Origin: Vulcanimicrobiota bacterium
GTDB taxonomy: Bacteria; Vulcanimicrobiota; Vulcanimicrobiia; Vulcanimicrobiales; Vulcanimicrobiaceae
Assembly (NCBI GenBank): GCA_963786105.1
Contig: CAWAXX010000023.1
Span: 290,228 to 354,227 of the forward strand
Direction: 5' to 3'
Length of the DNA: 64,000 nucleotides
Of this stretch, positions 18,817 through 29,422 are shown in pieces; the stretch's first letter is position 1, and each line of letters opens with the position of its first letter. Made by a program: the position numbers and the translations under genes. Below the pieces are notes generated by a model that had not been told where the DNA came from, did no database searches, and worked only from the letters and a program-made list of their open reading frames with translations.

Positions 18817-20196
18817 CTATTCATTGTCGAGTGGGCGCGGATCGAGCGGCTGGCGCTCGAAGTCGGCTGGCTTGAGCTTGCTCGGGATCGTCACGAACGA
18901 ACGCGGCGGCTGCGAGAAATCGAAACAATCGCTTTCCGGAGAGGTCGCGCGTGCGTCGCTGGCCGCGAGCCTCGCGAGCCCGAACTGATTCTCGACGAAT
19001 TTTAAGAGGCTCCCGTGTTCGTAGTGCACGTGCGTAACGTAGTTCTTCTTGGCGTACGGCGAGATTATCAGTAGGGGTACTCGGATGCCGAGCCCGTCGT
19101 AGTCGACCATTGCGGGTGCGACGTGATCGTACCAGCCGCCGAAATCGTCCCACATCACGAAAATCGCGGTCGTATCCCAGTACGGCGACTTCCCGACCGC
19201 GTTTACGAGCGACGCAACCCACGACGGTCCGTGACCGGTGGTACAGCTGGCATGATCGGAGTTTTCGCAGGTCGGCGTTACCCAGCTCACCGCAGGCAAT
19301 TTCCCGTTACGCACATCTTTAAAGAACTTCGTCTGCGGGTCGACGACGTGCGTTTTCCAGTCCGTGCCGTAGCGAATGTGCTTGATGGCCTGATACGCGT
19401 TCCAAAGCTCTCCATCGCCGCTAATGCCGGCCGTGTAGTACTTCCATGAGACGCCGGCGGCGTCCAGCTCGTCACCAAGCGTCGAATTATCGAAGCAGGC
19501 TTGAACCTGGCTGCCGTAGGTACGCTGCTGCGTGATCGTCCCGACGGTATCTTTCGAGCCGCCGTCGCAGCCCCAATACGTCAGCGGATAGTCGACTGCA
19601 GAGCTCGACTGACCGGCAATGAGGTACTGATGCGAGACGAAGCTGCCGTCGAAATTTGAAGGGAACATCCGATCGGCCAGCACGTATTGCTTCGCCATGG
19701 CGAAGTACGGCTTCGTTTCGGCTTGCGGCACGTACGCGTACTGCGGCGTCTTGTTCGGACACTTCGGCCCGGGCGGGACCTCGCACGTCGCGAATTCCTT
19801 GTCGAAGCCGTCCATCTTGCAGTTGGTGCCGGGGAAGCTTCCCTGACCGTCGCAGGCGGCGAAGAAGGCCTTCGAGCCGTGATCGACATCCCAGCCGCTA
19901 TCGAGACTGACTGGGACCAGCTGTACCTTCTGCCCGGTGCTCGTGTAGCCGTACGACCGGGTGTCGGCTCCAGGGTAGCCCTGAAACAGATTGTCGAAGC
20001 TGCGGTTCTCTTGAATGATGATGACGACGTGCGCGATCTTCCCGCCGGCTTTGCCGCGAGCGATGGCACCGTATGAAGACGCGCCGGTAACCGGCAGCCC
20101 GGCTTGCTGCGGGCCTCCACCGCCTCCGCCGCAAGCGGCGGACCCCGTCACGGCAATGAGGACGAGCCATCGGCCTACTTGCCGAATCGATGCCAT
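18817..20196 (-). CDS. Lipoprotein phosphoesterase, paralog 5
   Basis: AAGGAG RBS before ATG 20196; lipobox-like SAAC; same family motifs. Confidence 0.9.
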   Translation of the reverse strand: MASIRQVGRWLVLIAVTGSAACGGGGGGPQQAGLPVTGASSYGAIARGKAGGKIAHVVIIIQENRSFDNLFQGYPGADTRSYGYTSTGQKVQLVPVSLDSGWDVDHGSKAFFAACDGQGSFPGTNCKMDGFDKEFATCEVPPGPKCPNKTPQYAYVPQAETKPYFAMAKQYVLADRMFPSNFDGSFVSHQYLIAGQSSSAVDYPLTYWGCDGGSKDTVGTITQQRTYGSQVQACFDNSTLGDELDAAGVSWKYYTAGISGDGELWNAYQAIKHIRYGTDWKTHVVDPQTKFFKDVRNGKLPAVSWVTPTCENSDHASCTTGHGPSWVASLVNAVGKSPYWDTTAIFVMWDDFGGWYDHVAPAMVDYDGLGIRVPLLIISPYAKKNYVTHVHYEHGSLLKFVENQFGLARLAASDARATSPESDCFDFSQPPRSFVTIPSKLKPADFERQPLDPRPLDNE

Positions 20197-20429
20197 GGCG
20201 ACTCCTTGGTGGGGTGAAAAACGGCACTCACCGCTACGACGCGACGCGCTCAAAATCCCGGGGTCTCCTTTACACTACCTTTACAAAAATACGGACCTAG
20301 CTGCAGGTAACGCTTGCCTCGGCTCGCATTGTAGCTATCCCCCAGGTGTGGACCAGGGTTATCTTCGCAGATTCCCGATCAAACTGAACAACTTTTCACA
20401 CTTTCATGAAAGAAAAGGGAAATTCATCA

Positions 20430-21527
20430 ATGAAGATTTCCAACTCGGCCAAGTACGTCATCGGCGTATCCGCGGCCGTTGCTCTTCTCGCCGGCTGTAC
20501 CAGCAGCGGCGGGTCGCAGCTCGCCCCGGGCGGCGCAATGACGCCAAGCGGCGTTCATCAGACGATGGGTGGCAACCATAAGGTTGACCTGTCGATGACG
20601 CTCGTCACGCCCAAGAGCGTGAAGCCCAACCTCCAGCGCAAAATCAAAGACATGGCACGCGTTAAGCCGAACTGCTGCGGCCTCCAGAAGACCCTCGCCG
20701 TGACCGACGCGTTCGGCGGATCGAGCTTCACCGGCGCCGTGTACCTGTTCGACTACAACTCCGGCGCAGCGATGGGATCGCTCAACCCGCCGCCCGAAGG
20801 CTGGTCCGAAGTTCAAGGCGCCTGCTCCGACAAGAGCGGCAACTTCTACTTCGCCAATACCGGTATGTCGACGGTCGACGAGTACTCGCACAGCGGTACC
20901 TATATCTCGACGATCGCCGACCCGGGTCAGTTCCCGGTAGGCTGCGCGTTCGATCGTTCTACCGGCAACCTCGCCATCTCGAACATCATCGACACGAGCG
21001 GCGGCCCGGGCAGCATCTCGATCGCCAGCGGTGGCGCGATCACCAACACGTACTTCCCGAATAACATGAGCCGCGTGTACTTCGTCGGCTACGAAGCCGG
21101 CACGGGCACCCTGTGGCTGTCGGGCTCGAACTCCACGGTCGGCTTCCAGCTCGACACGTTCTCGAGCGGCGTGTTCCATCTGCTCCCGACCTCGGGAATC
21201 CTCTTCCCGGGTACGACGCAGTGGTCGGGCGCGGTGAAGTGGATGGTCGAAGGCGACCAAGACACCTTCAGCGCTCCGACGTTCTACCAACTTGACGACG
21301 GCGGCAACACCGTAGGCTCGACCGTGACGGAGTGCACGCAGGGCTCCGACTTCTGCGACATCGTCCAGGCCGTTATCAAGGGCCCAGGTCTCGTAGGACC
21401 GGATGCCGTTCTCCTCAGCGCCAACCGCTTCGCCTTCCCGGCCGGCGGCGCACCGACGTTGAACTATCCCGCTGCCTACGTGCAGCCGATCGGTTCGGCA
21501 GTTAGCCCCGATAAGAGCGGCGGCTAG
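20430..21527 (+). CDS. Beta-propeller-like lipoprotein (NHL/SGL-like repeats)
   Basis: Lipobox LAGC; blade-like repeats GACSDKSGNFYFAN and GCAFDRSTGNLAIS; followed by its own terminator. Confidence 0.7.
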   Translation: MKISNSAKYVIGVSAAVALLAGCTSSGGSQLAPGGAMTPSGVHQTMGGNHKVDLSMTLVTPKSVKPNLQRKIKDMARVKPNCCGLQKTLAVTDAFGGSSFTGAVYLFDYNSGAAMGSLNPPPEGWSEVQGACSDKSGNFYFANTGMSTVDEYSHSGTYISTIADPGQFPVGCAFDRSTGNLAISNIIDTSGGPGSISIASGGAITNTYFPNNMSRVYFVGYEAGTGTLWLSGSNSTVGFQLDTFSSGVFHLLPTSGILFPGTTQWSGAVKWMVEGDQDTFSAPTFYQLDDGGNTVGSTVTECTQGSDFCDIVQAVIKGPGLVGPDAVLLSANRFAFPAGGAPTLNYPAAYVQPIGSAVSPDKSGG

Positions 21528-21562
21528 AAGCCTCTCGACTCTCGTATCGGGAATCATCTGGC

Positions 21563-21594
21563 ACGGGCCCGCTCCGGCGGGCCCGTTTCTTTTT
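21563..21594 (+). terminator. Rho-independent terminator
   Basis: acgggcccgc-tccg-gcgggcccgt followed by ttcttttt, downstream of the 20430 gene. Confidence 0.85.
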
Positions 21595-21617
21595 GGAAAT
21601 CCCACCCCTACGTATAT

Positions 21618-21661
21618 GCATTTACCGCACCGACGTAGCGGTACGTCGGTGCGGTAAATGC
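21618..21661. repeat. Perfect 20-bp inverted repeat
   Basis: gcatttaccgcaccgacgta-gcgg-tacgtcggtgcggtaaatgc, between convergent genes. Confidence 0.85.
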
Positions 21662-21670
21662 GTGTTCCAG

Positions 21671-23072
21671 TTATTCCGTGTCGACGGGCTGGTTGGAGGG
21701 GGGCTCGTGCATGAAATACGCGCGGGAGCGTTCCGCCTGGATGACGTGAAAGATCCTTGGCTTCAACTTGAAGTTAAAGATGTTGGCAATCGAGGTCGCG
21801 CGGGCGTCGGTCGTTCCGAGCGAACCAAGCCGAAACGTCCCTTCGACGAACTTGAGAATGCTGCCGAACTCGTACTGAGTGTTGGCGATCGTCCCGGCCG
21901 GGACGTACGGCGACACCACCAGCATGGGAACGCGGAAGCCTAACCCGCCGGCCTGGTCGAAGAACGGCGGCGGCCGATGGTCGTAGAAACCACCCCAGTC
22001 GTCCCACACGACGACGATGGCGGTGGAGTTCCAATAGCTGCTCGTGCCGATTGCATTAACGACCGAGGCTACCCACGCGGGTCCCGAGTACTTGCCGCTG
22101 AGCGAGTGCGGATGGTCGGAGTTCACCTGATCGGGAATCACCCACGACACCGCCGGCAGCTGCGAGTTGGAAATATCGGTAAAGACGTTCGTTTCCGGCA
22201 TGGAAACGTTGGTGTTCCACTCAGGGCCGTGATACACGGCGTCAATAGCGGCGAACGCGTCCCAAAGCGCGCCCGACGTATCGTTCTTGTATTTCGGCGT
22301 ATAATATTTCCACGAAACGCCCTTGGCGTCGAGCAGATCGCGCATCGTGCCGCTCGGGTACGTTAAGCATGGGAACGGCCCTTGACCCGTGAGATATTGG
22401 CCGGCGGGGGTTAACATCGACGTGGCAGTGGCGGGGTTCGCCGCACATCCCCAGTTGACCGAATTCGACGGATAGTCGACGAGGCTGCCGGTGATGCTGT
22501 TGTACGTCAGCGCGGTAGCGCCGGCGATCAGATCCTGATGCGCGGTGAAGCTGCCGCTGCCTTGCGTTTGGAACATTTCGTCGGCGAGCGCGTATTGCTG
22601 AGCCAACGTCCAATATGGCTGAATCTGTGCGGGGTTGACGTACTGGTACGGGTATTTACCCGCCGGATTGTTTCCGTTGATGCCTTCTAAATTGAACCCG
22701 TCCATGCCGCCGTTGTCGTAATCGCCGAGGTAGTCTTTTCGGGCGTGGTTCACGTCGAGCCCGGCGAGCGTCTGTTCTTTGAGCGGAACCTGCGTGCGCT
22801 TGTAGTGGCCCGGCGAAATTTTCTTCAGGTAGTATCCATACGTAGCGCCGTCGGCACCGGGAAACGTCGCGAACAAATTATCCGAAGCTGCGGTTTTCTT
22901 GAATCATGATGACGACGTGCCGGATAGGGCTGCTTGCGTCGTGCGCGTTGGTACGGCCCGCTGGGGCGGAACCGTTCTCGGGCAGCGGGCTCGATGCGGG
23001 AGCACCGGAACACCCGGCGAGACCGGACGCGAAGGCGAGAAATCCGAGCAAGGCAAAATGATGCGTACGCAT
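21671..23072 (-). pseudogene. Lipoprotein phosphoesterase, paralog 6, with a +1 frameshift at about 22882 (possibly a sequencing error)
   Basis: MRTHH...LAGC...QENRSF then GGA TAA. Removing one G gives GAT AAT TTG TTC (DNLF) and joins ORF 21671..22876; the remaining motifs are intact. AAGGAG RBS. Confidence 0.8.
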
Positions 23073-23350
23073 AATGAACGATCTCCTTCAGGCGAGCGAA
23101 TCATTCTCGCCGCTCTCCGAGGGTTCCGCTAGGCAGAGCACGGCTGGAGCTTTAGTGATGACGATGATCGTCGCCGGATGCGGGAGTTGCGTATGCGCAG
23201 CTTCGCGGGCTCAACGGCGATGGATACGGAATTATCGATCCGTTGTTACCGGTGAGCGAGGGCGTCCCAAGGGCCCCCTTATCATCCCTTGCGACGCTCC
23301 CTCTCGGACCGATAACGTTTCCGGGTGTTCGGACGTTTCTGCGCGACTCG

Positions 23351-24718
23351 CTATTGCGAATCGACGGGTTGATACGACGGAGCCCGCGTCAAGAAATACG
23401 AAAGCGGATACGTTGCGGGAATCGGTTTGAACGGTCGCGGCGGCTTCGTGAAGTCGAAAACGTCCCCAATCGACGCCGCGCGCTTATCGCTCGTGCCTAG
23501 CCGTTGGAGACCCCAGTTATCTTCCACGAACCTCAGAATGCTGCCGAACTCGTACCGGGTATGCGAGATGTAGCCCTGACGCGCGTACGGCGAGATGACG
23601 AGCATCGGAACCCGGAAACCCAGGCCCTGGTAATCGAGCTGAGGCGGCGCAACGTGATCGTAAAATCCGCCCCAATCGTCCCACACGACGACGATCGCCG
23701 TAGACTTCCAAGCGCTCGTCTTTCCGATCGCGTTGACGATCTGCGCGACCCACGATGGGCCGCGGTTCGAGCCGGTCCCGGGATGGTCAGAGTCGAGCTT
23801 GTCTGGAATTACCCACGACACCGCCGCCAGTTTGTGAGCGGCGATATCGGTGAGGACCTTCGTTTGGGGAGATAGCACGTTGGCTTGCCATTCCGGGCCA
23901 TACCGAACGGCACGGATCGCGTCGAAGGCGGTCCAGAGCCAGCCACCGCTCGGATACGTAAATGGCGGTGCGTAATACTTCCACGATACGCCCTTGGCGT
24001 CGAGGGTGTCGCGCATGGTGCGATAGTCGAGACAGGGGAACGGGCCTTGAAACTTTAGGAACTGGCGCCCGGTGGCCAACAGGGAGGTCTTGGTCCCATC
24101 GGGAGCGTCGCATCCCCACGGCTCTCGAGTCGGGTCGTCAACTAAGCTCTGGCCCGGCGCGACCGGTGTTCCGCCCGCGATGAGATCCTGATGCCCGACG
24201 AAGCTGCCGCTGCTTTGCCGCTCGAACATGTGATCGGCGAGCACGTACTGCTGCGCCATCGCCCAATACGGCTGGATCTGTGCCGGATCGACGTACTGAT
24301 ACGGGAAAAGCCCCGCCGGCGGTCCGTTGCCACTCCCGAAATGGATAAGGTCGAAACCATCCATCTTGCCGCCGTCGTATTCCTTAACGAAGGTCGCCCA
24401 TTGGTGGGTGATGTCGAGCTTGTCCGTGAGTTTGGCCTTCTTGAGCTTCACGGTTTTCCCGTCGTGCGTTTTTCCGGTGGTTGCGCCGTCGGCACCGGGG
24501 AACGTCGCGAAGAAATTGTCGAAGCTTCGGTTCTCTTGGACCACGATCACGACGTGTTTGATGTACGGCGGCTCGGATGCCGTGCGCGCAACGTTTTGCG
24601 CTGACGACGACACGGGCGTGAAGCCCGACTGGTACGCGGGGGCTCCGGGGCGCGCCGAGCAGCCTGCGGCTATGAGGATAGCGACGCAAGCAGCCGCGGC
24701 AATACGCGAAGCCTTCAT
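23351..24718 (-). CDS. Lipoprotein phosphoesterase, paralog 7
   Basis: Lipobox [34 protein letters not shown]. Confidence 0.9.
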   Translation of the reverse strand: MKASRIAAAACVAILIAAGCSARPGAPAYQSGFTPVSSSAQNVARTASEPPYIKHVVIVVQENRSFDNFFATFPGADGATTGKTHDGKTVKLKKAKLTDKLDITHQWATFVKEYDGGKMDGFDLIHFGSGNGPPAGLFPYQYVDPAQIQPYWAMAQQYVLADHMFERQSSGSFVGHQDLIAGGTPVAPGQSLVDDPTREPWGCDAPDGTKTSLLATGRQFLKFQGPFPCLDYRTMRDTLDAKGVSWKYYAPPFTYPSGGWLWTAFDAIRAVRYGPEWQANVLSPQTKVLTDIAAHKLAAVSWVIPDKLDSDHPGTGSNRGPSWVAQIVNAIGKTSAWKSTAIVVVWDDWGGFYDHVAPPQLDYQGLGFRVPMLVISPYARQGYISHTRYEFGSILRFVEDNWGLQRLGTSDKRAASIGDVFDFTKPPRPFKPIPATYPLSYFLTRAPSYQPVDSQ

Positions 24719-24879
24719 GCGGGCTCATACCGCGGATGCTGCGTCGGTTTCCTGCAGCAGCCCGGCACGAGGCGGGGCACAGGGGTCAACCGAGCACCCG
24801 GCACCAAGGGAACGCGTATGCGAGCAATAATCGTCGCCGTCGTTGCTTCACAAATGCTGCTTCGACCTTGGAGGCGAAC

Positions 24880-25884
24880 ATGTTTCAACCGCGCGCAGTT
24901 GCTCACACGCAGGTAACCGTTGCCCTTGCCGGTCTCGCACTCTCGAGTTGCAGCGGCGGCGGAGGCGGAGGAACGATTCCTTCGGGCGCGGGATCGGCCG
25001 TCACGCAGTCCGTTCCGGCGCAATCGCTGAAAAGTGAAAACACCGCGGCGACGGCTCTCTACGTTAGCGATTTCTACGGAAAATCGGTATTTCGTTTCGT
25101 GCGGAACTCCGACGGAACGCTCGTCACTCCCGCCGGGTCGTCGCTCGTGCTACCGTACAATCCCGGACCGATCGCGATCGGTCGAAGCGGCAGCTTGTTC
25201 GTGACCGACGAACAGAATGAGTCGATCGAAGTGTATCGCAAGGGTGCGACGGGATCGCAGCAGCCGTCTCGAACGCTGCTGCTACCGTTCGTTCCGAGCT
25301 GCGTTGCGGTCGATCGCGATGGGTACGAATACGCCGGTGGATTTTCCAACGGTTACGTGGCGGTCTTCGCGCCGGGCGCTCACGGGCTCGCAAACACGAT
25401 CCAACGGATCGCGCTGCCGGACGGGCATCCCGACATCAACGGCGTGACCGTCGACGCGTCGGGCAATCTGTACGTTTCCGACTCGAACGAAGTCAGCGAG
25501 TTTGCAACTCCGGCCACGCATCCAACCTTAATGCGTGCGATCGTCGGCTCCGGCGAGCAGAATTCGCCGGCGGGCATGGCGCTGCAGAACGTGACCGGCG
25601 AGCTCTACGTGGCGAATAGCGGTGACGGGAACGTTCTCGCGTACTCCTCATCGGCTAACGGCAAAGACCATCCGGATCGCACGATCGCGTCGAACGGTCC
25701 GCCGCTAGTAAATCCGGTTGCCGTCGCCGTTCGCGGCTCGCTGCTCTACTCTACGAGCGGAACGTCGCTAAACGGTCCTCCCTCGGTTTTCGTGCTCGAC
25801 GCACTCAAGGGCGCGCAGCACCCAAAACAGGTCGTCACCGGATCGTATCTCTCGTCTCCAGCCGGGGTCGCCCTGGGGCCGTAA
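24880..25884 (+). CDS. NHL-repeat beta-propeller lipoprotein
   Basis: GGAGG RBS; lipobox LSSC; repeats GVTVDASGNLYVSD and GMALQ..GELYVAN. Confidence 0.8.
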   Translation: MFQPRAVAHTQVTVALAGLALSSCSGGGGGGTIPSGAGSAVTQSVPAQSLKSENTAATALYVSDFYGKSVFRFVRNSDGTLVTPAGSSLVLPYNPGPIAIGRSGSLFVTDEQNESIEVYRKGATGSQQPSRTLLLPFVPSCVAVDRDGYEYAGGFSNGYVAVFAPGAHGLANTIQRIALPDGHPDINGVTVDASGNLYVSDSNEVSEFATPATHPTLMRAIVGSGEQNSPAGMALQNVTGELYVANSGDGNVLAYSSSANGKDHPDRTIASNGPPLVNPVAVAVRGSLLYSTSGTSLNGPPSVFVLDALKGAQHPKQVVTGSYLSSPAGVALGP

Positions 25885-25893
25885 AAAAGACCT

Positions 25894-26898
25894 TCAGTTT
25901 GGAAGGCTGTTGGGGATCGTCGTGATACCGCTGAGATCACCTCGGCGGTACGATCCCATGTTACGGCCGCCGGGATACCCTCGCTGCAGGATGTAGGAAG
26001 TGCCGCCCGACACCGTTTCGTCAAAGGCAAACACGATCCGTGACGTTGCATCGAGTCGCATCTGGCCGACGCAGTTTCCGTTGAGATCGACGGCGTGGGC
26101 CGTGTTCCTAGCATATGGCTTGGGATAGATCGTCATGCGGCCCTCTTGTCCACCGGCACAGAGGTCCGGGTCGTCTAACACGATCAAATCGTCGGTTTTC
26201 GGGTCGACGGCAACGCCGGCGACGTATCCGTTCTCGGGTCGTAAATCTAAACGCCGGCACTTACCGGGTTGCGGTCCCCCTGGCCCGTTGGGTATTTCCA
26301 CCACGCCGGCGAACGTCTGCTGGTAGCCGTTGACGAAGATGTCACCTTCGTTGTCGGTCGCAATGGCCTCGCCGAAGCCGATATATTGGCAGACGAGTTC
26401 TATGGCCTTCGACGAGTTGGCGCGATACATCGTCACGTTCCCCTTATCGTCATCTTGAACGTTCAACACGAAGAGGTTCGCATTCTTATCGATGGCGATA
26501 TCGAGTGGCGTTCCATTCGGATCGGGAAGGGTCGACTGAGCTTGCGTCGTGAGGTTGTAAAGCACGACGCCGGGCGGACGCTGGCTCGCGATTGCGAGTT
26601 CGTCGGCATTCGCGACCATGCCGGCCGCTCGGGCGAGATGTGGGATCTTGCCGATCCTTTGCGGACGGCCTCCGCCGTGCGGCTTCATCGGATAATACTT
26701 GAGCACGCCCCCATACGAAACGCCGATCAGCACAGGGGTCTGGAGAGCTTGACTTTCCGCAATCGCGCGTGGCGCGTAAAGCCCCGAGCCCTGCGTACCG
26801 CCGGATGGCCGGAGCGGGGGGACCGAAGCGATCGGGTTGCAGCCGGCCAAAACTGATGCTAGACAGACCGTTGCAAAGCAAAAGGAAGAACGTGCCAT
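25894..26898 (-). CDS. Beta-propeller lipoprotein (paralog of 39127..40188)
   Basis: GGAGG RBS; lipobox LAGC; AIATDNEGDIFVNGY, GVAVDPKTDDLIV; ends TTIPNSLPN. Confidence 0.75.
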   Translation of the reverse strand: MARSSFCFATVCLASVLAGCNPIASVPPLRPSGGTQGSGLYAPRAIAESQALQTPVLIGVSYGGVLKYYPMKPHGGGRPQRIGKIPHLARAAGMVANADELAIASQRPPGVVLYNLTTQAQSTLPDPNGTPLDIAIDKNANLFVLNVQDDDKGNVTMYRANSSKAIELVCQYIGFGEAIATDNEGDIFVNGYQQTFAGVVEIPNGPGGPQPGKCRRLDLRPENGYVAGVAVDPKTDDLIVLDDPDLCAGGQEGRMTIYPKPYARNTAHAVDLNGNCVGQMRLDATSRIVFAFDETVSGGTSYILQRGYPGGRNMGSYRRGDLSGITTIPNSLPN

Positions 26899-27060
26899 AG
26901 ACGTTGCCTCCGGAGCTGACAAGTGTATCGTACCGCGCCGGCACGGTGGAAGCAATGGTCTCGGCTCGACCCTCGATAGATGCGCTCAAGATGCGCTTAG
27001 GGCTGCGATTCCGCAAGATTCGGAGGGCGTCCGCCGGTCAGACGAGCTACGCTGGTACCG

Positions 27061-27795
27061 ATGACCGTCGTTGCCACGCAGACTGCCTCTTCGATTCCCC
27101 AGCGCGTCGCAATTCTCGACTGGACGCGGATCCGAGCAGACCTCGATTCGCGCGGTATGGCGCTAACCGGACCACTCTTGAATCCGAACGAATGCCGATC
27201 TCTCGGCGACGCGTATAGCGACGATACGCTCTACCGGAAGCGAGTCATCATGGGGCGTCACGGATTTGGAAGCGGTGAATATAAGTACTACGAATACCCG
27301 TTGCCTCCGGCGGTTGCAGCGCTCCGCGAGGCGATGTACCCGCGGCTCGCGTGCGTTGCGAACGAGTGGACGTCGACGCTCGGTACGACGGCGTTTCCTC
27401 CGACGCTGGCGCGAATGGTCGAGTACTGCCGCGCGAGGGGACAAGCGCGGCCGACGCCGCTGATTTTGCGCTATAGCGCCGGCGACTACAACTGCTTGCA
27501 CCAGGACGTTTACGGCGAAGCCGTCTTTCCGATTCAGCTGACCGTATTGCTGAGCGATCCGCAACGCGAGTTCGAGGGTGGTGAATTCGTTTTGGTGGAA
27601 CAGCGTCCGCGCAAACAGTCACGGGTCGAGGTCGTGTCGCTCGCTCGCGGGGAAGGCGTGCTTTTTGCGGTTCGCAACAGGCCGGTTCGCGGGAGCCGCG
27701 GTACGTACAAGGCGAGCGTGCGTCACGGCGTTGCGACGGTGCGCTCCGGCGAACGGATCGCATTAGGGATTATCTTTCACGAAGCTGCTTGCTGA
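27061..27795 (+). CDS. 2OG-Fe(II) oxygenase (DUF2086/prolyl-4-hydroxylase-like)
   Basis: YNCLHQD (HxD), GGEFVLVEQRPR, RHGVATVRSGERIALGIIFH. Confidence 0.88.
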   Translation: MTVVATQTASSIPQRVAILDWTRIRADLDSRGMALTGPLLNPNECRSLGDAYSDDTLYRKRVIMGRHGFGSGEYKYYEYPLPPAVAALREAMYPRLACVANEWTSTLGTTAFPPTLARMVEYCRARGQARPTPLILRYSAGDYNCLHQDVYGEAVFPIQLTVLLSDPQREFEGGEFVLVEQRPRKQSRVEVVSLARGEGVLFAVRNRPVRGSRGTYKASVRHGVATVRSGERIALGIIFHEAAC

Positions 27796-27883
27796 ATAAC
27801 CGTCGGGAGGCCGGATCGACGAGCGTTCGTTCAAGAAGTTCGACTCCGGGTAAACTGCTGGAAACGATTGCGGCGCAACGCCA

Positions 27884-29263
27884 TTACTGGTAGTCTGGGG
27901 CGCGGAAGTCGTTACGCTGTCGGAGGAAAAACGACGGACCTTTCGGTGCCTTGATCGGGACGAACGCTCGCGGCGGTTGCATAAAATCGAAGCAATCTCC
28001 GGCCGGCGAATTGGCACGCGCGTCGCTGTCACCGAGGCGGCCCAGCCCAAAAACGTCTTCGGCAAACGTCAAGATGCCGGCGGTCTCGTACTGGACGTGC
28101 GAGACGTAGTTTCTTTTTGCATATGGCGATATCGCCAACAGCGGTACGCGAAAACCGAGCCCGTCGTAATCCCGCAATTGCGGGGAGACGTGATCGTACA
28201 AGCCGCCCCAATCGTCCCACACCACGAAGATGGCGGTCGTTTTCCAGAACGCGCTCTTACCAACGGCGTTGACGAGCGATGCGACCCACGACGGGCCGTA
28301 GCCTCCACCGCAGGCTGTGTGATCGGAGTTGTCACATATCGGCGTGATCCAGGTGACCGCGCTCAAGGTGCCGCGTTTAACATCGGTGATGAAGGCGCTC
28401 TGCGGGGTGATGACGTCCTTCGCCCAGTCCGGTCCGTGCTTGATATGGCGGACTGCTTGGTAGGCCGACCAGTACCCCGCCGGTCCTCCCGACGGGCTGG
28501 CGTATTCGCTCGTGTAAAATCGCCAAGGCCGTCCAGCAGCATCGAGCTCGTCGCCCAGCGTGCGGTAGTCGAAGCACGGTTTCTGATACGAACCGTACGA
28601 ACGATCGTGCGCGATCGTCAGCACGAGGTCTTGCCTGCCGCCGCCGCAGCCCCAAAGACCGGTCGGGACGTTGACGCTGCTATGCGCTTGGGCGGCAATG
28701 AGATACTGATGGGCGACGAAACTCTCGTCGAGCTGCGACGTAAACGTGCGATCGGACAAGACCCACTCGTGCGCCATGTCGAAGTATGGTTTCGATTCAA
28801 CGTGGGGTACGTATGCGTACTGCGCGAGTCTGATGGGACCACCCTCGACCGATTCCGTATCGAATCCGTTCATCCGGCAATCCGTGCCGGGCCGTTTTCC
28901 GGTTCCGTTGCAGTCGCCGAACATTGCGTCCGACGAGTGATCGATTACGTATTGCGATGTCAAGCTGACGGGCCGCAGCGGAATCCAGCGACCCTTCGAG
29001 TCCTTGCCGCGCGTGACGGTGTCGGCACCGGGATATCCTTGGAACAGGTTGTCGAAGCTGCGGTTTTCTTGAATGATGATGACGACGTGTTTAATTTTGC
29101 CCGAGCCGCGCGCGGCCATCGCCGCGTTTGGTCGCGCGACGGACGGTACGAGCGGGCCGGAGGGCGTCCCGTTCGATGCAAACGAACATCCCTCAAGCAA
29201 AGCAACCGTTAGCAACGCGAAAGCAACACGCAAATCGGCTAGCGATTTCAGCGCGACCGCCAC
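27884..29263 (-). CDS. Lipoprotein phosphoesterase, paralog 8
   Basis: GGAGG before [36 protein letters not shown]. Confidence 0.9.
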   Translation of the reverse strand: MAVALKSLADLRVAFALLTVALLEGCSFASNGTPSGPLVPSVARPNAAMAARGSGKIKHVVIIIQENRSFDNLFQGYPGADTVTRGKDSKGRWIPLRPVSLTSQYVIDHSSDAMFGDCNGTGKRPGTDCRMNGFDTESVEGGPIRLAQYAYVPHVESKPYFDMAHEWVLSDRTFTSQLDESFVAHQYLIAAQAHSSVNVPTGLWGCGGGRQDLVLTIAHDRSYGSYQKPCFDYRTLGDELDAAGRPWRFYTSEYASPSGGPAGYWSAYQAVRHIKHGPDWAKDVITPQSAFITDVKRGTLSAVTWITPICDNSDHTACGGGYGPSWVASLVNAVGKSAFWKTTAIFVVWDDWGGLYDHVSPQLRDYDGLGFRVPLLAISPYAKRNYVSHVQYETAGILTFAEDVFGLGRLGDSDARANSPAGDCFDFMQPPRAFVPIKAPKGPSFFLRQRNDFRAPDYQ

Positions 29264-29275
29264 TGAACCTCCAAC

Positions 29276-29380
29276 GATCCTTCGACTGCGCTCCTTCGAC
29301 TGCGCTCGCTTCGCTCGCTCCGCTCAGGATGACGCGCGCCTCCGCTCAGGATGACACGGCGAGTCCTCTCAGGATGACAC
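29276..29380. repeat. REP-like (TGTCATCCTGAG-type) intergenic repeat, copy 2
   Basis: tccttcgactgcgc twice and ctcaggatgac three times, all in the same orientation. Confidence 0.75.
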
Positions 29381-29422
29381 GGGCACAGGGGTGCTGCGGT
29401 TCGGCGCCGCAGACAGAGCGGT

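Noticed and set aside
15852..18875. Long antisense ORFs over the phosphoesterase genes (also 53699..55288 and 61150..63393)
   Set aside because: Expected stop-poor antisense frames in high-GC coding DNA; their mutual similarity just mirrors the sense-strand paralogy.
23080..23125. Glycine-riboswitch-like words on the minus strand (GGAGAG...CGCCTGAAGGAG)
   Set aside because: The downstream CTCTCAGG element is missing, and the GGAG is simply the RBS of the next gene.
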